Assembly (NCBI RefSeq): GCF_001194135.2
Contig: NC_068994.1
Span: 58,019,651 to 58,083,650, forward strand
Source: Octopus bimaculoides
Taxonomy: Eukaryota
Reading direction: 5' to 3'
Length of the DNA stretch: 64,000 nt
Of this stretch, positions 25,293-38,200 are shown one piece after another (within the stretch, counting starts at the first letter, position 1; each line of letters opens with the position of its first letter). The notes under the pieces were generated by a model. That model did not search any database. It was not told the origin of the DNA and saw only the letters and a program-made list of their open reading frames with translations. A program made the position numbers and the translations under genes.

Positions 25293-26255
25293 TTCCCCCC
25301 CTCTGTATGTATAAACTGCATTACCTCCCCCTCTTTTTGTTTATATTTTTACTTTGTTTTTTATGTGAGGCAGCCATTAAAGCAGAACCTTCAGTTTTAT
25401 TTTTATGTTGTTGCTGTTGTATTTTTTATCATCACCATCATCACCATCATCATCATCACCACCAACAATGTGGATGGGAGTGAAATGGTGGTGTTTCACC
25501 ATAGGTCAACCAGTATTAGGCTGACCTGTGATCAAAGACATTCTAACCATGGCCATGTTATCCTTTTTTCTTTTCCAGACCCATTTAAACCTATACTGCC
25601 CTCCAATGTGTCCTTTCTCTTTTGAGCTGAATGTGTGACTTGAGGGATATTTTGCTGCTGTTTCTAGAGAGTCATTCAACCACATAGAGGTTCCCTTATT
25701 GGCTGGTGTAATGGAAGTGTACCCTTAATTTGAACAGGAATGAGTTTGTAGTTTACTCTTAATGTGGATGTGAGTGACTTCGTATTTTTGTTTTACTTTA
25801 ATCATGTTAACATGATTGACACCTCAGTATCAATCATGCTCACATGACTGATATTGGGGTAGGGTGTGACCATGAGATTGAATCATAATTTAGTTTTTCT
25901 GATGGTCACCAATATTACATTAGGACCCTTGTGGACATAGCAGGCAGAAGTGAGGCTAGAATGTAGGGATCAAGACATAAGCCCTATCAAATTCGGAGTT
26001 AGCAGTGGTGTCAGAATGTAGAGCGACAAGGATGGTGAACCCTCACTCACCAGCAAGACACAGTTCTTCCTTAGATGTCCTTGAGTATAAAAATTGCTTG
26101 CCAATGAACTTCAGCCTTTGACCTACAGGCAGACATATTGTATCTCCTCCTCCTCCTCCTTTCTGCTTTTTTTTTCCTATTGCTAAAATAGTGGCCCCTG
26201 CTTTCTCAGAGCTGATTGTCTCTTGCCGACCCCTCCCAGGGACTTTTGACTTTTC

Positions 26256-26440
26256 TTAAGTTCCCTTCACTCTTTGGCTTTGTTTAATCCATTCTACCCA
26301 GCTCAGTTCTTCCATCACAGAATGGTCGTCTTCTGGAATTACTTTCTTGCAGCTTTCAACTTCAAAATATTCAACAGGAACAAGGTTGAAGTTGATCACA
26401 CAAGCCTTGGTGGCCATAGACACAACGCTTTCCTCCAGAC
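26256..26440 (-). mobile_element. Probable decayed RTE-like LINE fragment (post-RT region)
   Basis: ATKACVINFNLVPVEYFEVESCK weakly resembles TK.RIFN.NV.PVLLYG.ESWK; no splice or start context. Confidence 0.3.
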
Positions 26441-26779
26441 CAAACCAATAATGTGTGTGTGTGTGTGTGTGTGTGTATAGATCATGTGATCGACCATTGT
26501 TAGCCATAGTGTGCTTTGCATCGTTTCAGCTTTTGAATGCTGCCACCGCACTAGCAAGGTGAGCAGGCCAACATTCCCCCCTGATCGGAAGACTAGTCCA
26601 TTGTGGGAGGTGACCTGTTTACAGCTGAGTGGACTGCAGCAATATGAAGTTAAGTGTTTTGCTACAGAACACCAGTAAAGTGTCCATGTTTTGCAACCAC
26701 ATAATGAGGTTCAGATGATGTCATCTTGGTAAACCATCAGTTTAATTTTCGGGTGGCAGTGCTTAGATATTTGTTCTTA

Positions 26780-27720
26780 AAAGCTTATTTTGCCCTTTTT
26801 ATTCAAATGCTTAATGGGCAGATCCAATTCTGTTTCACATTCTTTTTGGAAAAACATTTGTTGGAATGAAAACTTCCAAGATAAGGAGAGTGATTTCAAC
26901 CTCATCATTTCTGATTATAATAATGAAATCAGGAAAATTGGTCTTCAGAGCAGAATGGGTGAGGACTTCTGAGTGAGGCCAAGCTGGAGTGGTGTTGGAA
27001 TATGGAACCAGATGGTTTCAACTACATTACACTCGAAAAACTGAAATTAAGAATGGATCCTTTGACTTCTCTGTGATTTCTTATGAACAGTCAAACTTCC
27101 TTTGCTGGGGAATATTTTAAGATTATTAAGGAAGGGTTAGTAACTGTAGCCTTGACAAGTGCTCTAAGAATGGTGAATGTCAATTGATATTGGAGGAGAA
27201 ACTTGACTGGGTTAGAACTACAAAGAAACAATGTTCAAAAGAGGAAGAATGGGAGATATTGGTCAGTGCTGGGCCTGAGTGGAAGAATGGTGAGAGAATG
27301 GAGAGGCAAGTGTATTGGATAGCGGTGATGATGTAAGTAGCTAGTTAACTAAAGCAGATGCCATCATGGTAGCAGTGCAGTAGGAAGGAGGAGGATACTA
27401 CTCATCAATAAGGAAGGAGTCCATCTCAAAAAGCAGTGACTGTGATGAATGAGTGAACAGTAAGCAGTGTTAGATGTTCCCTATCTCAGAAGTCCTCTTT
27501 GACTGGAGTAAACTGCAAGGAGTGTGTCGGGAGAGAGGACTCCTTCCATAAGCTTGGTGTGAATGATATGTGGACCAGCCCATTTAAGGAGCTATTTGAA
27601 TAGAATCACTTCAGAGGGAGGGAAACTTACCACTTTATGAAAAATGGCTGTGAATATAATTAAAAGGAGGGCTAGTTGGGAGACTTCCCTCTAACTAGGA
27701 GTATTTTTCCCTCCACCCAT
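26780..27720 (-). mobile_element. Possible highly decayed CR1/Jockey-type LINE
   Basis: Faint minus-strand traces of WKES..P and PIFLI RT-like motifs with many stops; GC higher than flanks. Confidence 0.2.
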
Positions 27721-27764
27721 CACGATCCTTTCTTGATAACCTGAAAGTTGCAGAAAGAATTATA

Positions 27765-27955
27765 GCAAAGTTATTCAAGAAGAGATCATAGATGAGGCGT
27801 AGTTTGGGTTTGTCTTTGTTGTAGAACCACTAAGACCCTCTTACTAGTGAGGCAGCTTCAAAAGAAGTTCTCAACCAAGAACAAATTATAATACCTAATA
27901 TCCACCATATAAAGGAAGACCTTCGACATGGTTCCAGGCTCTAAAGTTTGGTAGA
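27765..27955 (+). mobile_element. Decayed RTE reverse-transcriptase fragment
   Basis: Degenerate ERII...DEAQFGFV...LLVRQLQKKF...KTFDMVP motifs with stops and frameshifts. Confidence 0.55.
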
Positions 27956-29732
27956 TGTACACACATTTGGTACCGGTTCAAATATGCTTCAGGCATATTT
28001 GAACCCACAAGAAAGCCATTCACTGTATTTTGTGATGGTGGAGAAAATTTCTTGCTGTAGACAAATAGGTGTTAAATACAGTGAGTCAGCTTGCAGCATT
28101 CCCTAACCTGACTGGTGGATGCATGCATTTCAGCATGATTATCTCCTCTTCAGCAGCAGAGACCAGAAAGGCAGCTGCTGCAAATTGACAAGAGAAACAG
28201 GTCCCTCGTATATTCCCGTCATCATACAATGACACGTACACACACACACAGTCATCTAACAATCCAGTAATGAGAAAAAATATGCACCCATATTGTGAAT
28301 GGAGTGGGTATATTAAAGTGTACAGTATTATATATCCATGGTAGACAATCTTACCAATTGGGACTGGTAAAGTTGGACACAATGGATATAAAATATTGTA
28401 CACTTTAATATACACACACACACAACTATTAAGGTATTATAGTATATTATATTACATTGGTTATATATCATACAATGTAACAGAGAGTAAACAACTCAGA
28501 ACCCAGTGGTAATGGTGTTGAGTCTGAATGACACCAAAGTTTGGTCATTAATGAGAATATTTATCTGTAAATGTAACAGGTAGGAGCAGGTGATACAGAA
28601 TGCATTGATGAGATCTCATCCCTTGCTGTGGTAATGTATGTTACTCCTCCAGTGTGGCAATGTGTCCCTCCCCAGGATGGTGAGGTGTAACCACAGAGTG
28701 TTATGTAATATGTTGACAGAATGTGGTGATATAATAAACACATATTCCTTTTCTAATAAGTCTTGTAGTTGTTGTGTAGACTCCTGTGTCTCTTGTCTTT
28801 ATTGCATTTCTTTTTATTTACTGATTATCCAAGGTGAAGTATGGACTACGGAACTGCTGTGAAGAAGCTATCAACTGGACAGGTTAACAGGTGGCTGCAG
28901 GTGATTTGTAAGGCTTTTATGAATACAACTAATCCTGTTTATTCTGTATTTTGTGGCATACAAGTCGACATGGTATATAGCATAAACATGTAGTGTAAAC
29001 ATGGAAACAAATCACTTTCTAAATTCTGCTGCATTTCATATGAAAATTTAGTCCTTCAAAGTCATTTTGGTGTTTTACTCTTTAGCATTTAAACTGGCCA
29101 TATTCGGCATAAATATTTTACTTGCTTCATGTTGAAACTGGCCAGATCCAGCTTCTCACACCTACCCTACTATATCATTCTAAAAGTAAACAATCACATC
29201 ATTGAAACCTTAAAGCTATGAGATAATGTATGATTGATTCAAAGCAATATGAAAAGATAAGGATTACATTTGATAGAAAAACCTGAAAGCTAAACAAATA
29301 AGGCAACCTCCCTTTTTTTGCCTGTAAATTTTGGTTTGAAGAATTCGACTTGTATACCAGAAAATACAATCCATTAACTTTAAATTTTTTGTACTAATGG
29401 TTCAAAAGTGTTACCTATCTCCCTAGTTAATGGTAGTGATTTAAATTTATGTCCAGTTCATCCATCTGTACCCTTAAATATACAACATAAAGTCAGGTGA
29501 GATACGGACGTATATTTGAAAGGAAAATGTCCAAAACTACAAATGCCATTAAATGTATGGCTTTGGAAACAAAATGATTGCCATAGAATTGTCTTGCTTT
29601 TTAACTCCTTTGATAATCTTTTCAACAACATCCCTGGTTCCAGGTTACCAATCCAACCAGGATCACCTGTAATTCTAAGGTACTAACCCAACCATTAGCT
29701 TTCTTGAGTCCATGTTGCTAGCCCAACCACAT

Positions 29733-30030
29733 CTATGAGGATTAGCTGAAAAGTTCACACACTTCTTCCATTGGTGTTCCAGTGCTTGGATACCGTTGGT
29801 GAAGAAACTTTCATTCTGTCGGGACAAAATAAGCCATCAACAGCAGATGTGACATCGTCATCACTGTGATAAGGATTCCCAGCCAAGTGTTTTCCATATT
29901 GGGGAACAAATAAGTCAGACGGGACTAAATCAAGAGAATAAGTAGGGTGATCAACCACTTCAAAGACACAGCCATTGAAACCAAGGATTTGTGTGCTGGA
30001 ACACTGTCCTGATAAAACAAGACCCCTTTC
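29733..30030 (-). mobile_element. Decayed mariner transposase 3' fragment with TIR
   Basis: Minus-strand GVLFYQDSVPAHKSLVSMAV and DHPTYSLDLVPSD...KHLAGNPYHSDDDVTSAV (degenerate QDNAPAH / HPPYSPDLAPSD motifs), with frameshifts. Confidence 0.85.
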
Positions 30031-32050
30031 ATCAGATTATTAATCTTATGGAGCAGTCTTGCTCTTCATCTGTCCTAATCTTCTCTTCTAAATTACTTTT
30101 ATTATCTGTTTTAATCTTGTTCTATTCCAGGTTACTAATCATGTGGAGCAGTTTAACTCTTCTTGTATTCCAAATTACTTATATTGTCCATCTCCTTTTA
30201 TTGTTGTATTCCAGGTGACCAGTCTTATTTTGTTCATCCATTCCAATGTTCTTGCATTCCACATTACTTACCTTGTTGATGAGTCTTATTTCTTTTCTCT
30301 CCCAAATTACCAATATTTCCTCTCTTTCCTTCTCCTCTTGTAGTGTAGAATCTTGTGGAATGGTTTTGCTTTTCTTGTATTCCAAAATACTAATAATTTT
30401 ATGAATTTTACTCTTCTTAATCATCATTGTTTAACGTCCTCCTTCCATGTTGGCATGCATTGGACGGTATGACAGTGGCCGGCCAGGTAGGAGCCTGTGG
30501 CATGCTTCTGTGTCTGTTTTGGCCCTGTTTTTACAGTTGAATGCTCTTTCTAACTCTAACCACTCCATAGAAAGGGCTGCATGCCTTTTGCATCGCACTT
30601 GCATAGGCAAGGTCAGTTTCAGCATGCTTTTTACAGCTGGATGCCCTTCCAAATATGCCAACCACTTTACAGTGTGTACTAGGTGCTTTTTAAGTGGCAC
30701 CTGCACTGGTGGGGGTCACCAAGTGATTTTGCAAGACAGAGAATCTTTGAGAGGAGAATGGGGGCATTGGAGGAGGTGATCTTGTTTCAGATTATGAAAG
30801 ATTAGAGTGTAACACAGAGAGAGAGAGAAACAGATGGTCCTGGGACTTTCCCTGTCTTCATATCCTTAATTGCCTTATCTATTATACTGCTATCAACTCT
30901 GATGGTTGGTCACTCAATTAGTTCAATATTTGAAAGACTCCCCTTTTCCCATTCATTTTCCACATTTAGTAACCTTTCATAGTGGCACTTCCATGCATCT
31001 TTTTTCTCTGAGATACAAAATGCAAGCACACCATCATCCATTCACACACATTTCTCACCCACAGCATCTCAATTCTCGCTGACACTCTACTTTGCAATCC
31101 TCAACACCTTATGCCTCCAATCCTGATGCTGTAAAACATCGGCAAACCTCTAACCTTCTGCTATTCCTTTTGCAATTTAAACCTGTTGTCTAGCTTCCCT
31201 TCTGGCTACCTGAGATCATTCTCTGCTCCCACCATTTTCCCAGATCTTTCTCTTTGCTTTTATGGTGCTGTCCACCTACTTGATTCACCATCGTATCACC
31301 CTTGGCCTCGCTGGGTCTTTTCACCAGCCACAGATTTGCTCTGCAGTTCTCAGTGGATGGTCCCACAGGAACTTCTGATTGTTCTCTGAGTCATATGTCC
31401 CTACTTCCGCCTCTCTTTTGTCAGAAGTTACCACTAGAATTTCTCTAAATTTCTGACAGTTTACTGGGTCTTTGAACTTCCATAATCTTCATTTCCAGAG
31501 TGATTTATTTCTCCAAGTCCTTTTAGACTTCATACTGAAGTCACTAACTAGTAGCCTATGTTGCGGTGTACGATCTTCCCCTGGAAAAGACTTTGCATAT
31601 GCAAGCATCTTCCTATCTCCTTGTTTGGTGAGGAGGGAATCGATCTGGCTTATGTGACCACCAGACTGCTAAGTGATTAGGTGATTGGCTGCTTTTCTGA
31701 AGTTAGTGGTGCAGATCATGAGATCATTTGCATCACAGAATTCCAGCAGCCTTGTTCCTACCTCTTTCTTAGGATCTTAGGACCAAAGCCATAAACAGAC
31801 TACTAACCTTGTTGGTCAGTTTTACTCTTCTTGTATTCCAAATTACTAATCTTCTTAATCAGTTTTCTTGTATTTGAAATTGCTAATATTGTTCATCAGT
31901 TTTAATCTTCTTGTATTCCAATTACTAATCATTTGTTTAGTTTTACTCTTAATGTATGCCAAATTACTAATCCTGAACATTCTTGTTATTCCTGTATTTG
32001 AAATTACTAACCTTATGTAGGAATCTTGCTACTCCTATATTCATTTTGCT
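30030..32050. repeat. Degenerate about 43-bp minisatellite, split into 30030-30420 and 31800-32050 by retroelement insertions
   Basis: Unit tactaatcttgtt..tcagttttactcttcttgtattccaaat; measured periods 43, 43, 37, 42, 42, 40. Confidence 0.75.
30930..31330 (-). mobile_element. RTE-clade LINE fragment (endonuclease-RT linker)
   Basis: Minus-strand frameshifted ...VVGEKCV.MDDG...KDAWKCHYERLLNVENEW, typical RTE linker. Confidence 0.6.
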
Positions 32051-32227
32051 GAACATTCTTACCCCACCTTTATCCTAAATTATCAAAGTTGTGGAACTGT
32101 CTCACTGCATTTTTTTGTTCAGTGAGGAAAACTAGAAATAGTTGATAGCTTCCATTAGCTTGGTGCTCCAAGAGCGTAGCTGCTTGAATAAGAATAGGCT
32201 ATGTAAAGTTCAGAGAGCTCCTACCTC

Positions 32228-33190
32228 TGCTAGTAACAAAGGGCCTCTTGCTCACAGTGAAAGGTAGACTGTATGACGCATGTGTACGAATAGCCATGCT
32301 TCATGGCAGTGAAACATGGGCTGTGACTACGGAGGACATGTGTAGGCTCGAAAGAAATGAAGCTAGTATGCTCTACTGGGTGTGTAATGTCAGTGTGCAT
32401 GCATGACAGAGTGTAAACGTTCTGAGAGAAAAGTTGGACATAAGAGGCACCAGATGTGGTGTGTAAGAGAGACGACTGGACTGGTATGGTCATGTGATGC
32501 GTATGGATGAGGACAGCTGTGTGAAGAAGTGTCCCACCCTAACAGTGGAGGGAACCTGTGGAAGAGGTAGATCCAGGAAGACATGGGACGAGGTGCTGAA
32601 GCATGATCTTCAAATGCTGGGCCTCACAGAGGCAATGACAAGTGATCGAGACCTTTGGTAATATGTCGTGCTTGAGAAGACCTGTCAAACCTACTGAGAT
32701 CGTAGTCTTGGCCGATGCGTAACTGACCTGTTAAAAGCACCCATCAAACGTTGGGTGATATGCTGTGCTTCTAACGACCTGTCGAGCTGAGTGAAATCAT
32801 AGTCATGGCCAATGCCAGTGCCATCTGACTGGCACCTGTGTCAGTGGCATATATAAAGCACTGTTCAAGTGTTGGGCCTCATGGAGGCAGTGACAGGGGA
32901 CCAAGACCCTTGGTGATACACTGTGCTTGCGTAGACCTGTCTAGCCAAGTGAGACCGTGGTCGTGGCTGATGCCAGTGTCAGGCCAATGGTGCCTGTGCT
33001 GGCGGCATGTAAAAAACACCCACTACACTCTTGGAGTGGTTGGCATTAGAAAGGGCATCCAGCTGTAGAAACTCTGCCAGATCAGATTGGAGCCTGGTGC
33101 AGCTCCTTGGCTTACCAGTTTTCAGTCAAACCATCCAACCCATGCCAGCATGGAAAGCAGACGTTAAATGATGATGATGATGATGATGAT
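32228..33190 (+). mobile_element. RTE-clade LINE, 3' fragment with 3'UTR and (GAT)n tail
   Basis: KGRLYDACVRIAMLHGSETWA...WYGHVMRMDEDSCVKKC...GRGRSRKTWDEV with in-frame stops, then the UTR shared with many short copies and a (gat)n tail. Confidence 0.9.
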
Positions 33191-34489
33191 TGTGAAACTT
33201 ATGTGTTTCAATGTCTTGTATTTCTGTTGCAATATATATAGACCTGATCAATTAGTGACTGTCAGATTATAAATGGAAACATTGCCTGACACCTTACTGA
33301 ACATCAATGTGAATAAGAATATCTTCTGCTTCTCTCTTCAAATTTGTTACACACAATCTCTAATATTGGTTTCATGTGGAATATCTCAGCAGGAAATTCA
33401 TTGATAAATTATTACTAAATTTAGTTAAATGCAGAAATTTACTGAAGATCAATATTACCAAGGAAATATCCAATTCCAATATTTGTTGATCAATAATTGA
33501 TCTTTGTTCAGCTATTTCAAAGGGTGGTCTTTAGCCAAATATTCATAGATTAGACCTAATTTTTATTAATTTCCCTCCCTTACAACACAATCTGGAAGAA
33601 CATTAATCAAACTGGCAACTATTGAGGGTCATTATTTCAGAAACGATCTATTCAAATAAAGAATTGGAACAGACACAACAGAAAATTCTAGGGATGAAGG
33701 TTGATTACGTCAATCCCTCATCCAGCTCTTTGCTGGATTTCCATCATCAACATCATCATCGTTTAATGTCCGTTTTCCATGCTGGAAAAACGGTTTGACA
33801 GGAGCTGACAAGGCCAGGAAGCATACCGGACATCGTCTGTTTTGGCAGGGTTTATACAGCTTCCTAATGTCTTCCTAATGACAAACCACTTTATAGAATG
33901 GACTAAGTGCTATTTAATGTGGCACTAGCTCCAGTGCGTTGTATGTGATACATATATGACAAAAAGAAAAAAAGCAAAGACCCTCCTCTAGTAGAAGTGG
34001 GGTGGTTTTGTGCCAGTTGAGAGATTAAAGGTGTAGAGGGACAGACATAGGTGTCTTGCTGTAGATACATGGATATTCCAGTTGGAAAAAAAGACGACCG
34101 AGTTAGAGAGTAAGATAAAATAAAGAGAGTGCTAATGAGAGAGATATGGTGACGATGATTCAGCTCTTGTATTCACAATGTCAATCAGACAGCTATATAC
34201 CACATGGAATTTTGTCTGTCACTCTAACCAATTTGTTAAGCTATGCCATCTGTGACAACATCAATAAGTCTACAAGGGGCAGATACCTAACAATGTGTTC
34301 TATCATAAGTATAATTCTAATATTGTGATGTGATGGGAGAATGGATTTATACATTAGCCTCTGTATTTTGTTGGTAATTATATTTTTTGACATAGGTACA
34401 CAGTCGGAAATTTTAAGGGGAGAGGACAGTTGATAATATCAAACCAGTGCTTCTCTGCTACTTTATTTTATCAATCCCCAAATTGATTT

Positions 34490-35260
34490 GGCAGGGTTTT
34501 CTACAGCTGGATATCCTTCTTAATGCCAACCACATTTGCATGACACTGGGGTGCTTTTACATGCCACCAGCATGGGTGCCAATTTGTGTGACACTGGTAT
34601 CTGCCATGACTGCGATTTTGCTCGGCTTGATGGGGGGGGGGGATCTTCTCAAGCATGATATAATGCCAAAGGTCTCGGTCATTGCCTCTGTGAGGCCCAA
34701 TGTTTGAAAGCAACTCGGCCACTTTGCCTCTGTGAGGCCCAACACTCGAAAGGTGTTCTTTATGTGCCAGCAGCACAGGTGCACTTGGCTTGACGGGTCC
34801 TCTCAAGCACAACAGCACATGACCAAAGGTCTCATTCACTTGTCATTACCTCTGTGAGGTTGAAAGTTCGAAGGTCATGCTTCACCATCTTGACCCATGT
34901 CTTCTTGGGTCTACCTCTCCCACAGGTTCCCTCCACAGTTAGAGATCAGCACTTCTTTACACAGCTGTCCTCGTCCATACGCATCACATGACCATACCAG
35001 CACAGTTGTCTCTCTTGCACACCACATCTGATGCCTCTTATATTCAACTTTTCTCTCAACATGCTTACACTCTGTGGAACATGCACACTGACATTGCACA
35101 TTCAGCGAAGCATACTGGTCTCATTTCTTCCAAGCCTACGCATGTCCTTGGCTGTCACAGCCCATGTTCCACTGCCATGCAGCATAGCTGTTCATACACT
35201 GGCATAAAACAGTCTGCCTTTCACTCTGAGAGAGAGAGGCCATTTGTTGCCAGCAGAGGT
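34490..35260 (-). mobile_element. RTE-clade LINE, 3' fragment (same family as 32228)
   Basis: Reverse-complement homology to 32240-33100; several internal repeats of cctctgtgaggcccaa. Confidence 0.85.
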
Positions 35261-38200
35261 AGGAGCTCTCTGAACTTTGCCAAGCCTAATCTTATTTTCA
35301 CAGCTATGCTCTTAGAGCATTCACCTTATCTTGGTCACCTAGATAACAGAAATTACAGGATATAATAGCTTTATTGTTCTGTTTCTTCAACTCAAAATGT
35401 TTGGATACAACCATGACACATTTTACGCCTCTCAAATCGATCCCCAAGATGTTAAATCAAGCTGTACGGATGTTAGTGATTGATACCTGAGCATGTGTCT
35501 TCTTTTACCACAGAATCCCTCTCCTTGTTGGCCAGACATAATAATAACAATAGTCCTTTCTACTAAAGGCACAAGGCCTGAAATGTTAGGAGAGGGAGCT
35601 AGTTGATTACATCAACCCCAGTATTTAACTGGTATTTATTTTATCAACCCTGAAAGAATGAAAGGTAAAGTTGACCTCAACAGAATTTGAACTCAAAACA
35701 TAACATCAGAAGAAATGCCACAAAGAACTCAGTCTAACATGCTAACAACAACAACAATAATGGTTTCAAATTTTGGTACGGGGCCATTAAGTTTAGGAGG
35801 TGTGTAGGGGGGTTGCTGATATCGACCCCCCTGTTCCCCAGTATATGACTGGTACTTTAAATACAGGTGTCATCTTCCACCTCATGGCAACAGACATTGG
35901 AGAACGATGTAGTCAGTTGAGTGAATTACTGGTACTTAATTCATCCTGGATGAATTGAAGGACAAGCATGCTGAGGTCAGTAGGATTTGAATTCTGAAGA
36001 TAAAGGCATGGGACTGGTTATTTATTTGGTCATCAAAAGACCTGTCTTCCTACAGACTGCTGGTTAATCTCTTATCATAGGACTTACCAACCACCAGGCT
36101 GCACAGAAAAAAATTTCATTTCTAGTTTAATGACTGTTGTGGTTTACAGGATGTTTTTGCATTTTATATGCAAAATATATATATATTATACAAGGTGGTA
36201 AGCTGGTAGAATTGTTAGCAGCATTTCAACTCTGCTTTGAGTTCAAATCCCACTGAGATCAACTTTGCCTTTCATCCTTTTGGGGTCGAAAAAATAAGTA
36301 CCAGTTGCATACTGGGGTTCAGTGTAATTGACTTAACCTCTTCCACCAAAATTGCTGGCCTTGTGCCAGAATTTTAAACCGATAGGTATGTAATAAATTA
36401 TATATTATGCAGTACAAGTAGAAAGATATATTTTTTTTTCGCGTTGAAAAGAAAATATATCTTTCTGCTTGTACTACAAGAATTTCAGCGGACGTAATTT
36501 ATATATTCTGCACTTTATTGAGTGTTATGTATGTGATCCTTTGATCTGTGGAGAAATTGTTTTGCATGGAATTAGTTTGTGATGCAAAAAAGATTGGGGA
36601 CCACTGCTTTGAAAGATGTAGGGGCTGGTTTTATTGTACCCGACGAGGTACAAGCAACCATCCTTGCACCTTGACTTGTCTTCCGATATTCGTCAGGACC
36701 GTTGTTACTTTCAAAACTTATGGTGAGCTTTGGAATCCCAGGTAAGTAGGAATTGTCTTCTTTAGCAAGAATTTGTTGACAGGAGGAGAGTTTGAGAATT
36801 CAGCAGAATGGCCGTGTGAAGCAAGGAATTCAATGCTTTGTAATCTTGTCTTTTCTCTGAGAGTGAAGAGACACTAATAAGACATCGTTAATGCTTGGGC
36901 TGATCAATATTACCAAGGAAATATCCAGTTCCAATACAGTCTGATCAATTATTGATCTTTATTTGAATGTGGCCTTTACCCAAATATGCATAGATCAAAA
37001 TCTAATTATTATGAAGATCACATCCTTACACAATGCTATTCGGAGGCACATCATATGACCACCACTACTGCAGGAAGTCGTTATTTTAGGGCTTTTGAAA
37101 TAAGGATTTCTAACAAGCAGAGAACCATAAATTTGCAGCGAAGCAGCTGATAGTGGGATCTGAACTCCTGATAACTAAACACCACATGACATTCTGTTCA
37201 CTGCTCTACCGATTCTTTGAATCGAAGGTGACTGGTAATGATTTGTTTCTGTGACAGATAGACTGAAGGTAAGGTCAACTGATGCTGCCATGGAGAATGT
37301 AAAGTTGTGGGAGTTCTAAGGAGGTGGAGAAGGGGGAGGAACCTGAAATTAAACATCAACAAGAAAAAAGAAAACAAAGCAAAAATAATTATAAAATAAT
37401 GACAAACAAAACGGTTTCTTCTCTACACAATTGAGTTCTTGTTTTTTTTTCCTCTTCATTTTATTTTGGTTGCATTGTAATGCAAAAAATATACAAATGT
37501 GCATATACATGTATGTATATATATACACGCACTTGTATATATAAACATGCAGTGGATGCAACATATGATACCAAATAGAAGCAGCAGATCTCTGCTGCTT
37601 CAGTGACGACAACAGTATGGAAGCAGTAGTCTACTGCCTCAGCAGCAGTAGGAGGATGAGTGTCTGTCCATAGTCTATATCTCACACTCCTCTGCTAAGT
37701 TCCGCTGGACTTTAGTTTATAGATTTTAAAACATTTTAGATGTTTCTTTTTCTGAAATTTCTTTTTTATTTATTCCATTTTGAAACTTCTGCCAATGGTT
37801 GGTTGGTTAAAACCCTGGTGAGGTGGAAGAGACAGGTGGATGGACGGACTGATGAGTAATAAACAAATGGTTGACCAAGTCGTTTCCAGTTGTTCTGATG
37901 GGGGGTGGGGGAGGGAAAGCAATAATAAGTTTTCTAAAATATAGGCACAATGCCATAACTTTCTCTTTGATGGACCCCAGTACATGACTGGTACTTAATT
38001 TGATTGATCTTGGAAGGATGAAAGTTGAAGTCAACTGACACCACCCGCCACAAGTTTTGATCTCACAATGTAAGTAACTGGAAGAGATACTCGCAGAGCA
38101 TTTTTTCCCCCAAAGCCCTAGTCCATGATGATAACAAGAAGATTAATAGTTTGTTCCAGATTACCATTAATGAAGTTAAACCCCACAATCTTAATTACAA

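Noticed and set aside
30030-32050. Coding 14-aa repeat or CRISPR-like array
   Set aside because: Consensus period is 43 bp (not a multiple of 3), there are no unique spacers, and the context is eukaryotic.
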